Part shown: positions 37,130 through 49,411 of the stretch, in pieces
Numbering within the stretch: the stretch's first letter is position 1
Layout of the letters: each line of letters starts with the position of its first letter
Source of the DNA: Mobula hypostoma
Lineage: Eukaryota
Length of the DNA: 64,000 nucleotides
Direction: 5' to 3'
Assembly (NCBI RefSeq): GCF_963921235.1
Contig: NC_086118.1
Location: forward strand, 13,828,001 to 13,892,000
Notes under the pieces: model-generated
Told to the model about the DNA's origin: nothing
The model's input: the letters and a program-made list of their open reading frames with translations, nothing else
Databases searched by the model: none
Made by a program: the position numbers and the translations under genes

Positions 37130-37630
37130 TTCAAGATTCAAGATTCAAAAAACTTTATTGTCATTCTAACCGTACATCAGCTCTGCAGGGCAGAATTTCT
37201 CAGGGGCAGTGCAATCCTAACATAACAAATGCAACACTAAATAATTAACATAACAATAAATAGTGAAACCCAACAGCCACATGTCAGTTAAAATCAAGTT
37301 ATAAGTGTCCAGTGCAAGTTAAAAGTGTCCAAAGCAGAGTCAGGTAGAGCAGCTATTTAGCAGTCTGACTGCCGGTGGGAGGAAGCTGTTTAGTAGCCTT
37401 GTGGTTTTAGTTTTGATGTTCCTGTAATGTTTGCCTGATGGCAGAAGAATAAACAGTTCATAGAGAGGGTGTGAGGGGTCTTTAATGATGTACCGTGTCT
37501 TCTGGAGGCATTAACTCTGAAAGAGGTCTTGGACAGAAGGTAGGGAGACCCCAATAACCTTCTCTGTTCCCCTAACCACCCTCTGCAAGGCTCTTTTGTT
37601 GACAGCACTGCAGATGGAGTACCAGGTATT
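37130..37630 (-). mobile_element. Rex1/Babar-like 3' fragment
   Basis: (TTGAATC)n tail and ORF2-end similarity (..IIKDPSHP..LFILLPSGK). Confidence 0.75.
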
Positions 37631-37639
37631 GGTACTTAA

Positions 37640-39080
37640 TGGTATTGGAACTAGAATTGGAATCAATTTATTTTTGTCACATATTGATGAAAAGTGAAAA
37701 TCTTGTCTTGTGTACTGTTTATGCAGATCAATACATTTTCCATTGCAGTGAGATCATATAAGATAAAACAGTAACAAATAAGATAAAACAATAACAAAGC
37801 AGATAAAACAATAACAAAGCAGAATACCTACTGAGAAAGAGTAGTGAAGGTATCCAATAGGTGCAAAAACATAATGAGTTAGATTGTCAGGTTCATCATA
37901 CTAAGCAACCATTCAGTAGTCTTATAACAATGGGATAGGAGCTGTCCTTGAGCCTGATGGTACATTCTTTTGGGATTTTGAATCTCCTGCTTGATGGTAC
38001 AGGAGAGAAGAGAGAATGACCAGGATAGGTGGGGTCAATGATTACATTTGATGCTTTATTGAGGCAGTGAGAAGTGTGGGCAGAGTCCATGGAAGGAAGC
38101 CTGGTTTCTGTTACGTACTGAGCTGTGCCCACAACCCTCTGCCGTGGTCGTTTGCAGAGCAATTACCATACCAAGTTGTGACGCATCTGGATAGGATACT
38201 TCCTATGGTGCATAGATAACAATGGGAAAAGGTTGACAGGGACATACCAAATTTCTTTAAACATTTGAGGAAGTAGAAGCATTAGTGAGCTTTTGTGGCC
38301 GTGGTGCATTTGCGGTTAGACCAGGACAGGTGATGTTCATTCCTCAGGACTTGATGCTCCAAACGCTCTCAACCTCAGCGCCATTGACAAAGACAGGAGA
38401 ATGTGCACCACTCCCTTTCTGAAGTCAATGACAAGCTCTTTTGTTTGCTGGCAATGAGGGAAAAGGCTGTTTTCATGACACCACGTTACCAAGCTCTCCA
38501 TTTGCTTCCTTTACTCCAACTTATCATTAGTTGAGATATGTCCCACTATGATGGTGTCATCTGCAAACTTGTAGATGGAGGTAGAGCAGAACCTGGCCAC
38601 ACAGTTAGGAATTTACAGAGTGTGGGTGAGGATGCATCATTGCTGAGAATAATCATAGTGGATGTGTTGCTGCCTGTTCTTACTTGCAGTGTATTGGTCA
38701 GGAAGTCAAGGATCCAGTTGTAGATGGAGGTGTTGAGCCCGGGTCTCAGAGTTTGGTAAAGAGCTTGCATGAAATTATAGTATTGAAGACAGAACTGTGA
38801 TCAATAAACAATACTCTAACATAAATGTCCTTAATGTCTAGATGCTCCACAGTTGGCTAGGGAGTGCTGTCCACTGCAGACTTATTTCAACAGCAGGTAA
38901 ATTCCAATGGGATGAGTTTGTCTGGGAAGCTGAAGTTAATGCATGCCATGGTCACCTTCTCGAAGCACTTCATGAAGATCAATATCAGAACCACTGGGCA
39001 GTAGTTATTAAAATTGGTTACTTTGGTTTTCTTAGGCACTAGGATGATAGTGGCCCACTCAAAGCAAGACTTCACCTCCC
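37640..39080 (-). mobile_element. Old Rex1/Babar-like LINE RT fragment
   Basis: CFEWATIILVPKK...NYCPVVL..MKCFEK, NWILDFLTN, RLKDSSYP.VIRLLN. Confidence 0.8.
37761..37823. repeat. Tandem repeat, 20-bp unit x3
   Basis: AGATAAAACAGTAACAAATA / AGATAAAACAATAACAAAGC / AGATAAAACAATAACAAAGC. Confidence 0.9.
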
Positions 39081-40690
39081 CCAATAAAATTTCTTCACTA
39101 ACCTAATAAAATGTTTTATTAAGCTATACTTCTGCAAATAAAAGCATTTAAGAAAAGGTAATTTTTCTTTAAGATGTTTGAAGTCTGACATTTTGTAATA
39201 GTGATGTATTAAAATGTTTGGGCCTTTCCTTCAAAATCATCACTATATGTGAATATTATTGAATAATTATCAGCATGGACTTCTCTGAGGTGAATGCAGA
39301 GCAATGTGTTCTGATATGACATCTTGTTTGCACAATCAACTGATAGTCATTGACAACCTGAAGACAAATTCCTTCTCACTCTCATCCCTTTATTTGGACT
39401 GAATTCAAAACTAGTCACTTGAAGTAAACACATCTTAACTGCAAACTCATTAATGTTGCTCAGGCCTACAACCTGACTTTTCTTTGCCAGGTTTTTACAT
39501 AGGAATGTTGGCTCATGGATTTATTTTTTCTGAAGTTTTAGTCTCAATTGCAGGCATTTACTTCAAGCTGTCGTGCACAGCATATAATAGCATATTGCTT
39601 TGATTATAATTCAAATTATCAATGATTCATTAGTCTTTATATCTTCCTGCTTTTAAGGAAGAGTTTAATTTGAAAATGCCTGTTGTTCAGTTCAAAGTTT
39701 CATTGGCAACTTCCTGACTTGATTAAGAACAATTTTCTATTTATAATCTGATAGTGAAGTGTCTCCTTAATCCTCAGTAACCTTGTGTCGGGCAATCAGT
39801 AAATATCCAAAATCTAGTTAGAATGAAGAACGTAACCTAATTACATCTTCTTTTCTACCTAGGTGTCTCAGCATTAAACCAATTCTATCTGGCAAATAAG
39901 TTCAGATGAAGTGAAACCGACTACAGAATAAGTTAAATATTGTTTTCATTCTTTTTCAGATCAGAATTTATGTGTATCTCAATTTTTTTTGTATCCGATG
40001 CAACTTGACATAAACCTGCACTATTGATTTAGAGTTGCAATGGTTTGATAACGTAGAAGATAATAGGATGTTTTCAAATGCACATGAACGCATGATGATT
40101 AGAGCAGCCAGAAAATAAAATCATGATCTTTTTAAACCTGATATCCAATCAATTACTAAAATTGCCTTTTTTTCTGATCAGCTTATTGTCTGCATACTAT
40201 TTTCCTCATCCACTACAGCTTCAGCTTAATCAAGTTTGCATGCTGAGATTTTCTCTGAAACATTTCTTCTCTCGCTACCTCTGTTATATGCAGGGTAAAT
40301 GTGTATCTTCATTTACCCTGACTCTTCAGGGCAAATCCCATTATATCGGAAGTATTCATCTACTCTATAAATCATCACTTGCTGAGGAGAATCCTTCAAA
40401 TACAAACAAAAGCAAATGATGCTAGAAACAAAGTTAATGTTCCAGGTCACAGACTCTTCAACAAAACAGAAACTGTTACCTGTTTTACTTTCCTAAGGTG
40501 CTGTCTGACTTGCTGAGTATTTCCAGTATTTTTTAGTTTTCTTCCAGATTTACAGCATCTGAAGTTTACTTTTTGATTTTTATGTGGTAACTTTTCGTTT
40601 AATTTAATTGTCTGCCTATTAACATTTATCAAAAACATTCTGATGTGAAAAAGGCCATGTTTCTTCTAGTTCACCTTCTACTACAAGGCA

Positions 40691-41085
40691 GAAATGAGGA
40701 AACAAATTGAAGCAGCAGAGATGTGGTTTTTGAGGAGAATGCAAAGAATATCATGGATGAAACGAATACTGTATCTAACGAGGGTGTCATGAACAAAGCA
40801 AACACAAAAAGAGAAATAATGCATGAGATCATGAAAAGGCAACGTAACTTCATTGGACATGTGATTAGGAAAGAGGACTTAGAATGCACAATAATTATGG
40901 GAAAGATTGAAGGGAAGAAAGCAAGATCAAGACAAAGACAAATGATGATGGAGACAGCAGCCAGAGAACTGGAAATGAATACCGGTGAATTGATTCACTT
41001 GACCTGAAACAGGAGTGTGTGGGCCATGGCAGTCAAAGTTCAAACTGGGCATGGCACCTGATGAAGATGATGATGATGATGATGC
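40691..41085 (+). mobile_element. RTE-clade LINE 3' fragment with (GAT)n tail
   Basis: IEAAEMWFLRRM, FIGHVIRKEDLE..IMGKIEGK; TSD CTACAAGGCA at 40681-40690 and 41086-41095. Confidence 0.9.
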
Positions 41086-41169
41086 CTACAAGGCAATTAC
41101 AGGATTCATTTAAGGACTATTATCATAAATAAGTGAAAAACAGCCCTTGACCCTTCTGCTCACGATACC

Positions 41170-41490
41170 ACCCTTACATAGTTCCCCTCCTCAGCTTTAG
41201 ATTCCATCCTTAGCAGTCTTCTACTGCCTCCACCTATCACCTCTCTGGCTCTGTCACTATTGCCACCTTTCCCTGCCCCACCTGACTCCATTTGCCAATC
41301 AGCTAGATCCACCCATTGCTTGCCTGCTATTGCCCCAGCCCTTTCCCACTGTTTCTCCCTCTCTCCTCCTCTTCTAGATGAAAGGTCTTGACTTGAAATA
41401 TTAACTGCCTACCTACCCAACAGATGCTGCCAAGCCTGTTGAGTTTCTCCAGCATCCAACATTCTGTTGCAGATTCCAACATCTGCCTTC
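41170..41490 (+). mobile_element. Old Penelope 3'-repeat fragment with decayed hammerhead motif
   Basis: TAGATGA-A-AGGT CTTG ACTT-GAAATATTAACTG...AGATGCTGCC...GAGTTTCTCCAGCA. Confidence 0.7.
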
Positions 41491-41719
41491 TCATGCCTCT
41501 ATTTAATTTACATGATGGATTCACAGTTTTGCCCTTCATCTGTAAGGTTGATTTAGCATGCCACCTCTGACTTTCCAGGACTCGAATTTGGACCATGTGA
41601 AGATTAATGTATAAGCTGCAAATGTCATTTTACATTTCTCCAATTATCCTTACACCATGAAAATCTCTCATTTTTGTCATGCACACCCTAAATCAACTTA
41701 CAGTCCTCCTGTGTATTAA

Positions 41720-41915
41720 AAGTTCAGAGTTCAAAGTACATTTATCATCAAAGTACATAAACGTCACTGTGCACTATCCTGAGATTCATGTTCTTGTGGG
41801 CATTCACAGTAATTACAAAACTATGCACAAACAACAATGGACAAACAACCAATGTGTAAAAGATGACAAATTCTGCAAATACAAAAACCAAAACAGACAA
41901 CAATAACAATATAAT
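41720..41915 (-). mobile_element. Rex1-type 3' UTR fragment
   Basis: AGTTCAGAGTTCAAAGTACATTTATCATCAAAGTAC; same family as 25105 and 51920. Confidence 0.6.
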
Positions 41916-42129
41916 AATGTATGTATTATGGTACACACCCAATCGCGCCAGCCTCCGGGGTTTAGATACTCCGATTCTCCTGAGTTTGGATAGCTAGCGT
42001 GGCTCCCTTAAAGATTCTGGCTCATTCCACTAAATGGCAGCCATGTTTTTGTGCCAAGATTTGGATATTTAAGGAGTACCTGAACTCGAGTTCGGTGCTC
42101 AGTCATCAGTGTTAATGATTGGCCAATCA

Positions 42130-42650
42130 GCTGAAGATGTTGCCAATCCAAACTGACTGAGGTCTGTAAGAGAGGAAATCAAGGATGCAGTTATACAAGG
42201 AGAGATCGAGACCTGAGCCTTGGAGCTTGTTTATCAGTTTTGAGAGAATGATAATGTTGAATGATGACCTGTGGTCAATGAAAAGTATCCTGATGTATGC
42301 ATCTTCACTGTCCAGATATTTCAGAGCTGAGTGACTAGCCAACGAAATGGCATCTGCTGTTGACCTGTTGCAATGATAGGCAAATTAAAGTGATGCCAAG
42401 TGTATCATCAGGTGGGAGTTGATCTGTTGCATGAACATTCTCTCAAAGCTCTTCATCACAATGGATGTAAGTGTTACTGGACAGCACTGGTATGATTGAA
42501 GCCTTCTTGAAGCAGGTGGTTACCACAGACTGCAAGGTGAGAGGTTAAAGCTGTCGCTAAGCCCTCCAGCCAGCTGATTAATGCGGGTCTTCGGAACTCG
42601 ACCAGGTACAGAGTCTGGACCAAATGCTTTCAGAGGGTTCACCCGTCTCT
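42130..42650 (-). mobile_element. Rex1/Babar-like RT fragment
   Basis: LDSEDAYIRILFIDHRSSFNII...LYNCILDFL. Confidence 0.75.
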
Positions 42651-42689
42651 TACTCCCTGTTTATCATGGTTGGAAGTGTGTTAACACGT

Positions 42690-42815
42690 GGAATTTTGCA
42701 GGTGCTGGAAATCTTGAGCAACACGCACAAAAAGCTGATATAACTTGGCAAGTCAGGCAGCATCTATGGAGGAGAACAAACAGTCGACATTTTGGGCCGA
42801 GACCCTTCATCAGTG
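42690..42815 (-). mobile_element. Short Penelope 3'-repeat fragment with near-intact hammerhead motif
   Basis: Reverse complement CTGATGA-A-GGGT CTCG GCCC-AAAA-TG-TC-GACTG. Confidence 0.8.
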
Positions 42816-43267
42816 TGTGCATAATTGTTTTCCTGCCTAAGGTGTCATGGTCAGTATCACCTAAAGTCCCTGAAAAATGTAAAAGGTTGTCCTTTATATC
42901 TTTCCACTATCCAGGAGGGGTAAAACTAGTCAGGACTCACAAGGTAGTACAGCACAAAACTCTTTAAAACATATTAAGAATAAGTAAATGTGACAACTAA
43001 AATTATATGACTAAAAGAACTTCACTTAATAACACAAAATAAATCAGACATCTATTTATTTACTTTTGTAACTTATAGTAATTTTATGACTTGCACTGTA
43101 CTGCTACCACAAACACAACATATTTCCCAACATTGTTAGTAATGATAAAGCTGATTCTGATTCTGAATCTGGAACTACCAGAGATTATATGACATAAATA
43201 TTACAAATACTTGCACTATTATGACCCGATACTCCATAGTTTCTCATCTAAGCTGCAAAATTACACT

Positions 43268-44342
43268 CACACATTACTGGAGGAATTGCAGGTCCTGCAG
43301 CATCTATGGAAATGAATAGATAGTCCATGTTTCAGGTTGAGAAACTTCTTCAGCACTGAGGAGGAAGGAGAAAGATACCAGAATAAAAAGGAAGGGAAGG
43401 AGGCTAGCTGGAAGGTGAAAGGTGAAGCCATTTGGGAGGGAAAGGTCAAGGGATGGAGAGAAAAGAATCTGATAGGAGAGGAGAGTGGACCGTAGGAGAA
43501 TGGACCATAGGAGAAAGGAAAGGAGGAGGAGAACCAGAGGGAAGTAATAGGCAGGTGAGAAGAGGTAAAAGATCAGAGTGGGGAATAAAGGAAGTGGGTG
43601 GGGAAACTTTTCACCAGAAGGAGAAATCAATATTCATGCTATCAGATTGGAGGATAGTCAGATGGAACATAAAATGTTGCTCCTCTACCCTGAGGGTGGC
43701 CTCTTCTTGGCATAAGACATGGACCAACATGTCGGAACATGAATGGGAATCGGAATTAAAATATGTGGTCACTGGAAAGTTCCATCTGTTGTGGATGGAG
43801 CAGAGGTGCTCAACAAAGTCATCCCCCAATTTACGTTTGGCCTCACCCGTGTAGAGGTAGCCGCATCGGGAGCAGCAGACAGAATAGACCAGCACATCCG
43901 CAGGTCAAGTGCCGCCTCACCTGGAAGGACAGTTTGGGGCCCTGAAAGGAGGTGAGGGAGATGTATGAGCAGGTGCAGCACTTTGGCTACTTGCAGGGAT
44001 AAGTACCTGGAAGGAAATTAGTGGGGATGGACGAATTGTCAAGGGAATCATGGAGGGAGAAATCCCTGTGGAAACTGGGGGCGGGGTGGGGATAAAGATA
44101 CACTTAGTAGTGGGATCCCTTCGGAGATGGCGGAAGTTCGGGAAGATAATATGTTGGATGCAAAGGCTAATAGTGTGGTAGGTAAGGATAAGAGGAACTC
44201 TATCAATACTAAGGTGGAGGGAAGATGGGGTGAGCGCATATGTTTGGGAAATAGAGGAGATGTGGGTGAGGGCAGCATCAGTTGTGGAACGAGGGAAATC
44301 CCTATCTTTGAAGGAGGGTATCTCTGATGTTCTGGAATGGAG
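43268..44342 (-). mobile_element. Older Penelope element 3' part (RT thumb, GIY-YIG, 3' repeat)
   Basis: LVYSVCCSRCGYLYTGE..., RVPLILTYH; terminal CTGAAGA...GAAAC motif at ~43322-43356. Confidence 0.88.
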
Positions 44343-44619
44343 AGTTGATTTCATTAATATTTCTCTCTAACTTAACACTCACCCTGATGATCATTCAGAG
44401 GAGCTGGTTCCCATCTGTGCAGGTAATTATCTGTAGCTCTTTGCAACCTGCCTGTTAACTTTAAATATTCCTCACACTTTAAAACCAGATGATTTTAAAC
44501 ATGACTCCTTCTGGTGATCTCTTGAAGGAAGGTGTTCCCATGAACATAAAGGGCAAGCGTTGCCCACAAATGGCCAAGGATTTCTGAAGTCCCCTTATTT
44601 TATAATGCAAAGATTAGAT

Positions 44620-45270
44620 TCATTCCTTGAACATGACATCACAGGTAGATAGGGCCGTAAGCAGAGCTTTCGGCACATTGGCCTTCATAAATCAGAGCAT
44701 TACAGGAGATGGAGTGTTATGCTGCAGCTGTGCGAAATGTTGATGAAGCCTAATTTGGAGTGTTGTATGCAGTTCTGGTCACCTACCTACAGGAAAGATG
44801 TCAATAAAATTGAAAGAGTGTGGAAAAATATTAGTAGAATGCTGCCAGGACTTGATGCCAAAGATACAGGGAAAGGTTGAATAGGTTAAGACTTATTTTA
44901 CCCTGAAACATCGGAGAATGAGGAGAAATCATATAGAGCTTTGCAATATTATTAGGGGTATAGATAGGATAAATGCAAGCAGCCTTTTTCCACAGAGGTT
45001 GAGTGAGACTAGGACTAGAGGTTATGGGTTAAAATGAAAGGTGAAATGTTTAAGGGGAACCAGAGGGGGGAACATCTTTAGTCAGAGGGAGGGATGAGTG
45101 TTGAATAAGCTGCCAGAAAAAGTGGTGGATTCAGGTACAATTAAGAACATGGATGAGAGGGGTGCAGAGATATGGTGCAGGTGTGGGTAAATGGAACTAG
45201 GTGGAAAAACAAGTTGGCATGACTTGTTGGAAGGACTTGTTTCTATACAAAGTACTCTATGGCTCTTTGA
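44620..45270 (+). mobile_element. Old CR1 LINE 3' fragment
   Basis: Reads LMKPNLECCMQFWSPTYRKDVNKIERVW; CR1-type tail. Confidence 0.8.
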
Positions 45271-45789
45271 TACTTTGGCTAATGCAACCTCTCTATCAAT
45301 ATTCTCTCTGTTCTACATGCAGGAACTTGTCAATTTTGGGGAGTCATTCAGTTTGTTATTATCATAGTAATATCTGAGCCTATCAGTATACTGATATTAG
45401 TGACCAGGTTTTGTAGAATGATGATTTTGATGTTTACTGCTTCCAAAGGGCATTGGAGATACACTAGACTTCTTGGAGCAACACGTGCTACATATATGGT
45501 TCAAAGAAAGAAGACAACTACATTCTGCTTACCTTGTTTTGATAACAACACACTTAGCATTTCCACTCAGCTCACTACTTATTCTCCTGTTCATCACAGA
45601 TTTGTTTGTTTTCTTGTGACACGCTGTGTTAGACAATTTGGTGATTTTTAGCCGATGTTGACTTTCCATGAGTTAAAGGTGTCTTCCTAGAAACTGACAG
45701 CAAAACAATAAAATGTATTTTGTTTTCTGATGAAGGGTCATCAAACTGTCGTGTTAATTTTGCTTCTATTGGATTTAAGAAATATAATG

Positions 45790-46005
45790 GACACAAGTCC
45801 TGGTTATGCAACCGCTGGCACCAGGCAGACGATTTCTGAAGAATATTAATCATGACTAGGGTCACCTGTCTTGAAAGATACTTCCCAGAAGAAGGCAATG
45901 GCAAATCACTTCTGTTGAACAATTTGCCAAGATCAATCATGGTCATGGACAGACCATGATTGCCCACGTCATATGACAGGGCATAAAATGGTGAAGATGA
46001 TGATT
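45790..46005 (+). mobile_element. RTE-related SINE / non-autonomous element 3' part
   Basis: GAAGAAGGCAATGGCAAATCACTT resembles the RTE/BovB-type 5' motif found in RTE-dependent SINEs; (GAT)n tail as at 41060-41085. Confidence 0.6.
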
Positions 46006-46739
46006 AGAATAGTATTGAAAGCATTGGCTATTAATATAAAAATGAAATGTCATTGAATGGTTTATTCTCGAAACTTTTATAATGAATAAAGTTTATTTTG
46101 ATTAGAAATGTTAAAACTTTTCCTTGCAATGACTCTGCTTGACCTGCTGATTGTATTTCTTTCATAACTCTTCTATAATAAATTTCATGTTTATATGTAC
46201 TGTACACTCTTGAATTTTTCAGTAAATCTGCCATCAAAAGAAATTGATTCCCTGGCACTGAGCCTACCTGTCAATCAATTCCATAAATTATTGTAGAAAT
46301 TGCGATCTTTGTAAATTTTACTGGTCTTCATGGGGATTTAGACATAATAGAATTAGGGTCAGTTTGTCAATGGCAAATGAGCATCTACATAAATCTTGTC
46401 TCAATGAATCTTAACCTTCTTCATGGACTGGGATGTAATTTGTCTTCAGTGTCAGAGGGGCAACCAGCAATTAATAACATGAATAAATCCAACCTCCATA
46501 AAATCTATCTTTCTAAAGTGGCAGTCATTGAACACTTCACCAAGTCAATCAATCACATCCTCCAGCTATGCATCAATTAAGTAAATATAGTAAGTGTAAC
46601 TACGCTTCAGCAGGTACCCAGGCAGCTACGAATCAATAAGACAATTAAATTAGTGCTTCACACGTTCAGTAGGACTTTAACAAGGAGGGTGGGAGATAAA
46701 GAGAATAAAAGCTACTTCACTGTAGGGAAAAACTCAATC

Positions 46740-47435
46740 TCTGTATACTTGCAGTTTTTGAAGATTAGAAGAATGCAGAGTGATCTTACTGAAACAACAT
46801 GTTGAGATGAAAGGTGATCCTATATGCTTCAATATGATCTCTCTTCATGGAAAGAGTCTGGAATAGAGGAGATTATTACAAACTCAGGGAGTGATCCTTT
46901 GAGGCAGAGATGTGTAGAAATCTCTTCTTGCTGGCGGTGGCATAACTAGAGTTCTCTACCCTCGAGGGTTATGGAGGTCAGGTTACTGGAAGATTGGAAA
47001 AATTGAAGGCTGTGTCGGGTGAACGATTAGTTCTTGTTGTGCTGCAGATCGTGGTCTTTCTTGGAGGCTTTGCTTTTGTTTGCTTGGTGGGTGGAGGATG
47101 CCGATGCTTTTTGCAGAAGTAAGCAGGGGAGGGGAGGGTTGGTGCTGTGCTGCTAATTGCGCGTGGGGGGCGGGGGAAGTAGGGGGTCTCTGGGTTTCTA
47201 ATGCTTTTATGTTAATTCATTCTCTGGGGTACCATTCTGTTTTCATGGATGTCTGTGAAGATAAATAATTTCAGGTTTTATATTGTATGCATTCTCTGAT
47301 ATTAAATGGAACAATTGAACTATTGAACTATGGGGAAACAGCTCAGAAGAAGAGTAAGGCTTGGAGATGAATTGGTCATGATCATATTGAATATGATGAT
47401 ATTTTGTTTACTCCAGCTCCTATTTTCTTATGTGT
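46740..47435 (+). mobile_element. Old CR1 3' fragment interrupted by a Rex-type 3' UTR repeat (~47010-47328)
   Basis: ..LYTCSF*RLE..DLTET..; tail CTCCTATTTTCTTATG; inserted segment ends ATTAAATGGAACAATTGAACTATTGAAC. Confidence 0.55.
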
Positions 47436-47734
47436 GTATGTGACCAAAACACCTATTATGATGACATTCCATCAATCTCCTCACTGTTAAATGCACTCTG
47501 CTGCTCTATCTGTTAGTACCACTCTCCTAGATGTTTGTTCTGGGTACTGTTTATGCATGCAGGAGGCTGTTGGGAATGCACAATGACACTGATTGGCAGC
47601 AGTGCAAGATTCCAGGTCGGTGGGATTATTGGGTACTTTAAATTGTCCTTAGTGTGTAGGTGAGTGGTAGTGCCCGGAGGAATTTGATGTGAATATAGTA
47701 AGAATAAAATGAGATTAGTTTGAGTGGTAAGACA

Positions 47735-47910
47735 AACTGCTGGAGTAACTCAACTAGTCAAGCAATATCTATGGAGGCAAACAGACGGTTGATGTTTAGG
47801 GTCCAGATTCTGCATCACCACTGATTGTAGAGAAAAGATAAACATTATGAAGAGGTGAGAGAGGGCTGGTAAGTGATAGGTGGTAACAGCTGAGGTGGGA
47901 ATGATAGCCG
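47735..47910 (-). mobile_element. Old Penelope 3'-repeat fragment inserted in a V-SINE remnant (~47610-47975)
   Basis: TGCTGGAGTAACTCAAC...ATCTATGGAGG; flanks carry TAAATTGTCCTTAGTGTGTAGG and GGACTGAAAGCCTGTTTCTATGCT. Confidence 0.55.
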
Positions 47911-48549
47911 GATGAAAATGGATGATTAATATTCGGCAAAAAAAAAATTGGACTGAAAGCCTGTTTCTATGCTAATATGACTGTTCATTCACAAGAAGTT
48001 CTCTTTATCTTCTCCATAATGAACCATTCATGTAAACCCCTCCACTTGCTCTCACCCAACCACTTCCCATCAGTTCCGAAATAAGGAGATTTAAAGGATT
48101 GTGAGCAACAGACTGGATGGCAACAGTTTGCACTTAGCAACCCTCCCATTCTTCTTTTTATTCTAGCTATTTCGACTTTGCTCTTTTAGTCCAAAAAAGC
48201 CAGAAGTGTCAGCTGTCCATTTCCCTCCATAGATGCTATATGATCCATTAAGTTCCTCCAGCACCTGGTCTGTTGCTCCAGATTCAAGCATGTGCTGTCT
48301 TTTTTTGTCTCCTTTAAAGGATCTTTGATAGAGGAGCTCAGAATGATTAAAGTGTAAAGCAGGAGAAACTTATTTCTGGTGCAGAAGAATTCGCAGCCAG
48401 TAGAAATAAATTGAGATGTTTGACAAAGTAATAAAAAGCAAGAAGACAAATGGAAAGATTTTTTTCTTCATTCGTCCTGCAGCTCACCTGAAGGTGTAGC
48501 AGATTACCTCCAAGGGAAGCCTTCAAAAGGGAACCTTGTGATTATCTGC

Positions 48550-49060
48550 AGTCTTTGGAGAGGGTGCAGAAGAGGTTTAGCAAGATGCTGCCTGGTTTAG
48601 AGGCTAAGAGCTATCGTGAGAGGCTGGATAACCTTGGGTTGTTTTCTTTGGATGGTGGAGGCTGAGGGGAGATCATATAGAGGTTTATAAGGTTATGAGA
48701 GGCATAGATAGCCTATACAGAGAGTATCTTTTTCCCAGGGTAGAAATGTTTAATACCAGAGGACATGCATTGACGGTGAGAAGGGGTAGGTTCAAAGGGA
48801 ATGTGAGGGCTAAGTTTTTTCTCAGAGAGTAATGGATGCTTGAAATGCTCTGCTTGGTTTGGTGGTAGAAGCAAATACATTGGAAGCTTTTAAGAGATGT
48901 TTAGGAAGACACATGAATATGAGGAAGATGGAGGGATATGGACATTGTGTAGGTAGGAGGGATTAGTTTTGGGTTTTTTTTTGATTTACCTTTTTTGCTG
49001 GTTTTGGCACATCATTATGGGCCAAAGGGCTTGTTCCTGGGCTGTGCCGTTCTATATTCT
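48550..49060 (+). mobile_element. CR1 LINE 3' fragment
   Basis: LERVQKRFSKMLPGLE..SYRERLDNLGLFSL..RLRGDHIEVYKVMRG; tail GGGCCAAAGGGCTTGTTCC...GTTCTATATTCT. Confidence 0.85.
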
Positions 49061-49101
49061 GTGATAAAGAGCAGTATACAAACAGATGAAGCAATAAGAT
49101 A

Positions 49102-49411
49102 AACCCACACAAAATGCTGGAGGAACTCAGCAGGCCAAGCAGCAGCTAGGAAAATAATACAGTCAATGTTGCAGGCCGAAACCGTTTGGCAGGATTGAAG
49201 TAAAAAAGCTGAGGGGTAGATCTGAAGGTGGGGGAGGGGAGAGAGACACAAGGTGATTGGTGGAACCTGAGGGGGAGGAGATGAAGTAAAGAGCTGGGAA
49301 GCCCAAAACATCAACTGTATTATTTTCCTAGATCCTGCATGGCCTGCTGAGTTCCTCCAGCATTTTGTGTGTTACTCAGATTTCCACCATCTGTGGATTT
49401 TCTCTTGTTTG
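49102..49411. mobile_element. Penelope terminal-repeat inverted pair (minus arm 49102-49300, plus arm 49301-49411)
   Basis: The arms are mutual reverse complements over ~70 bp and share the variant CTAGGAAAATAATACAG. Confidence 0.85.
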
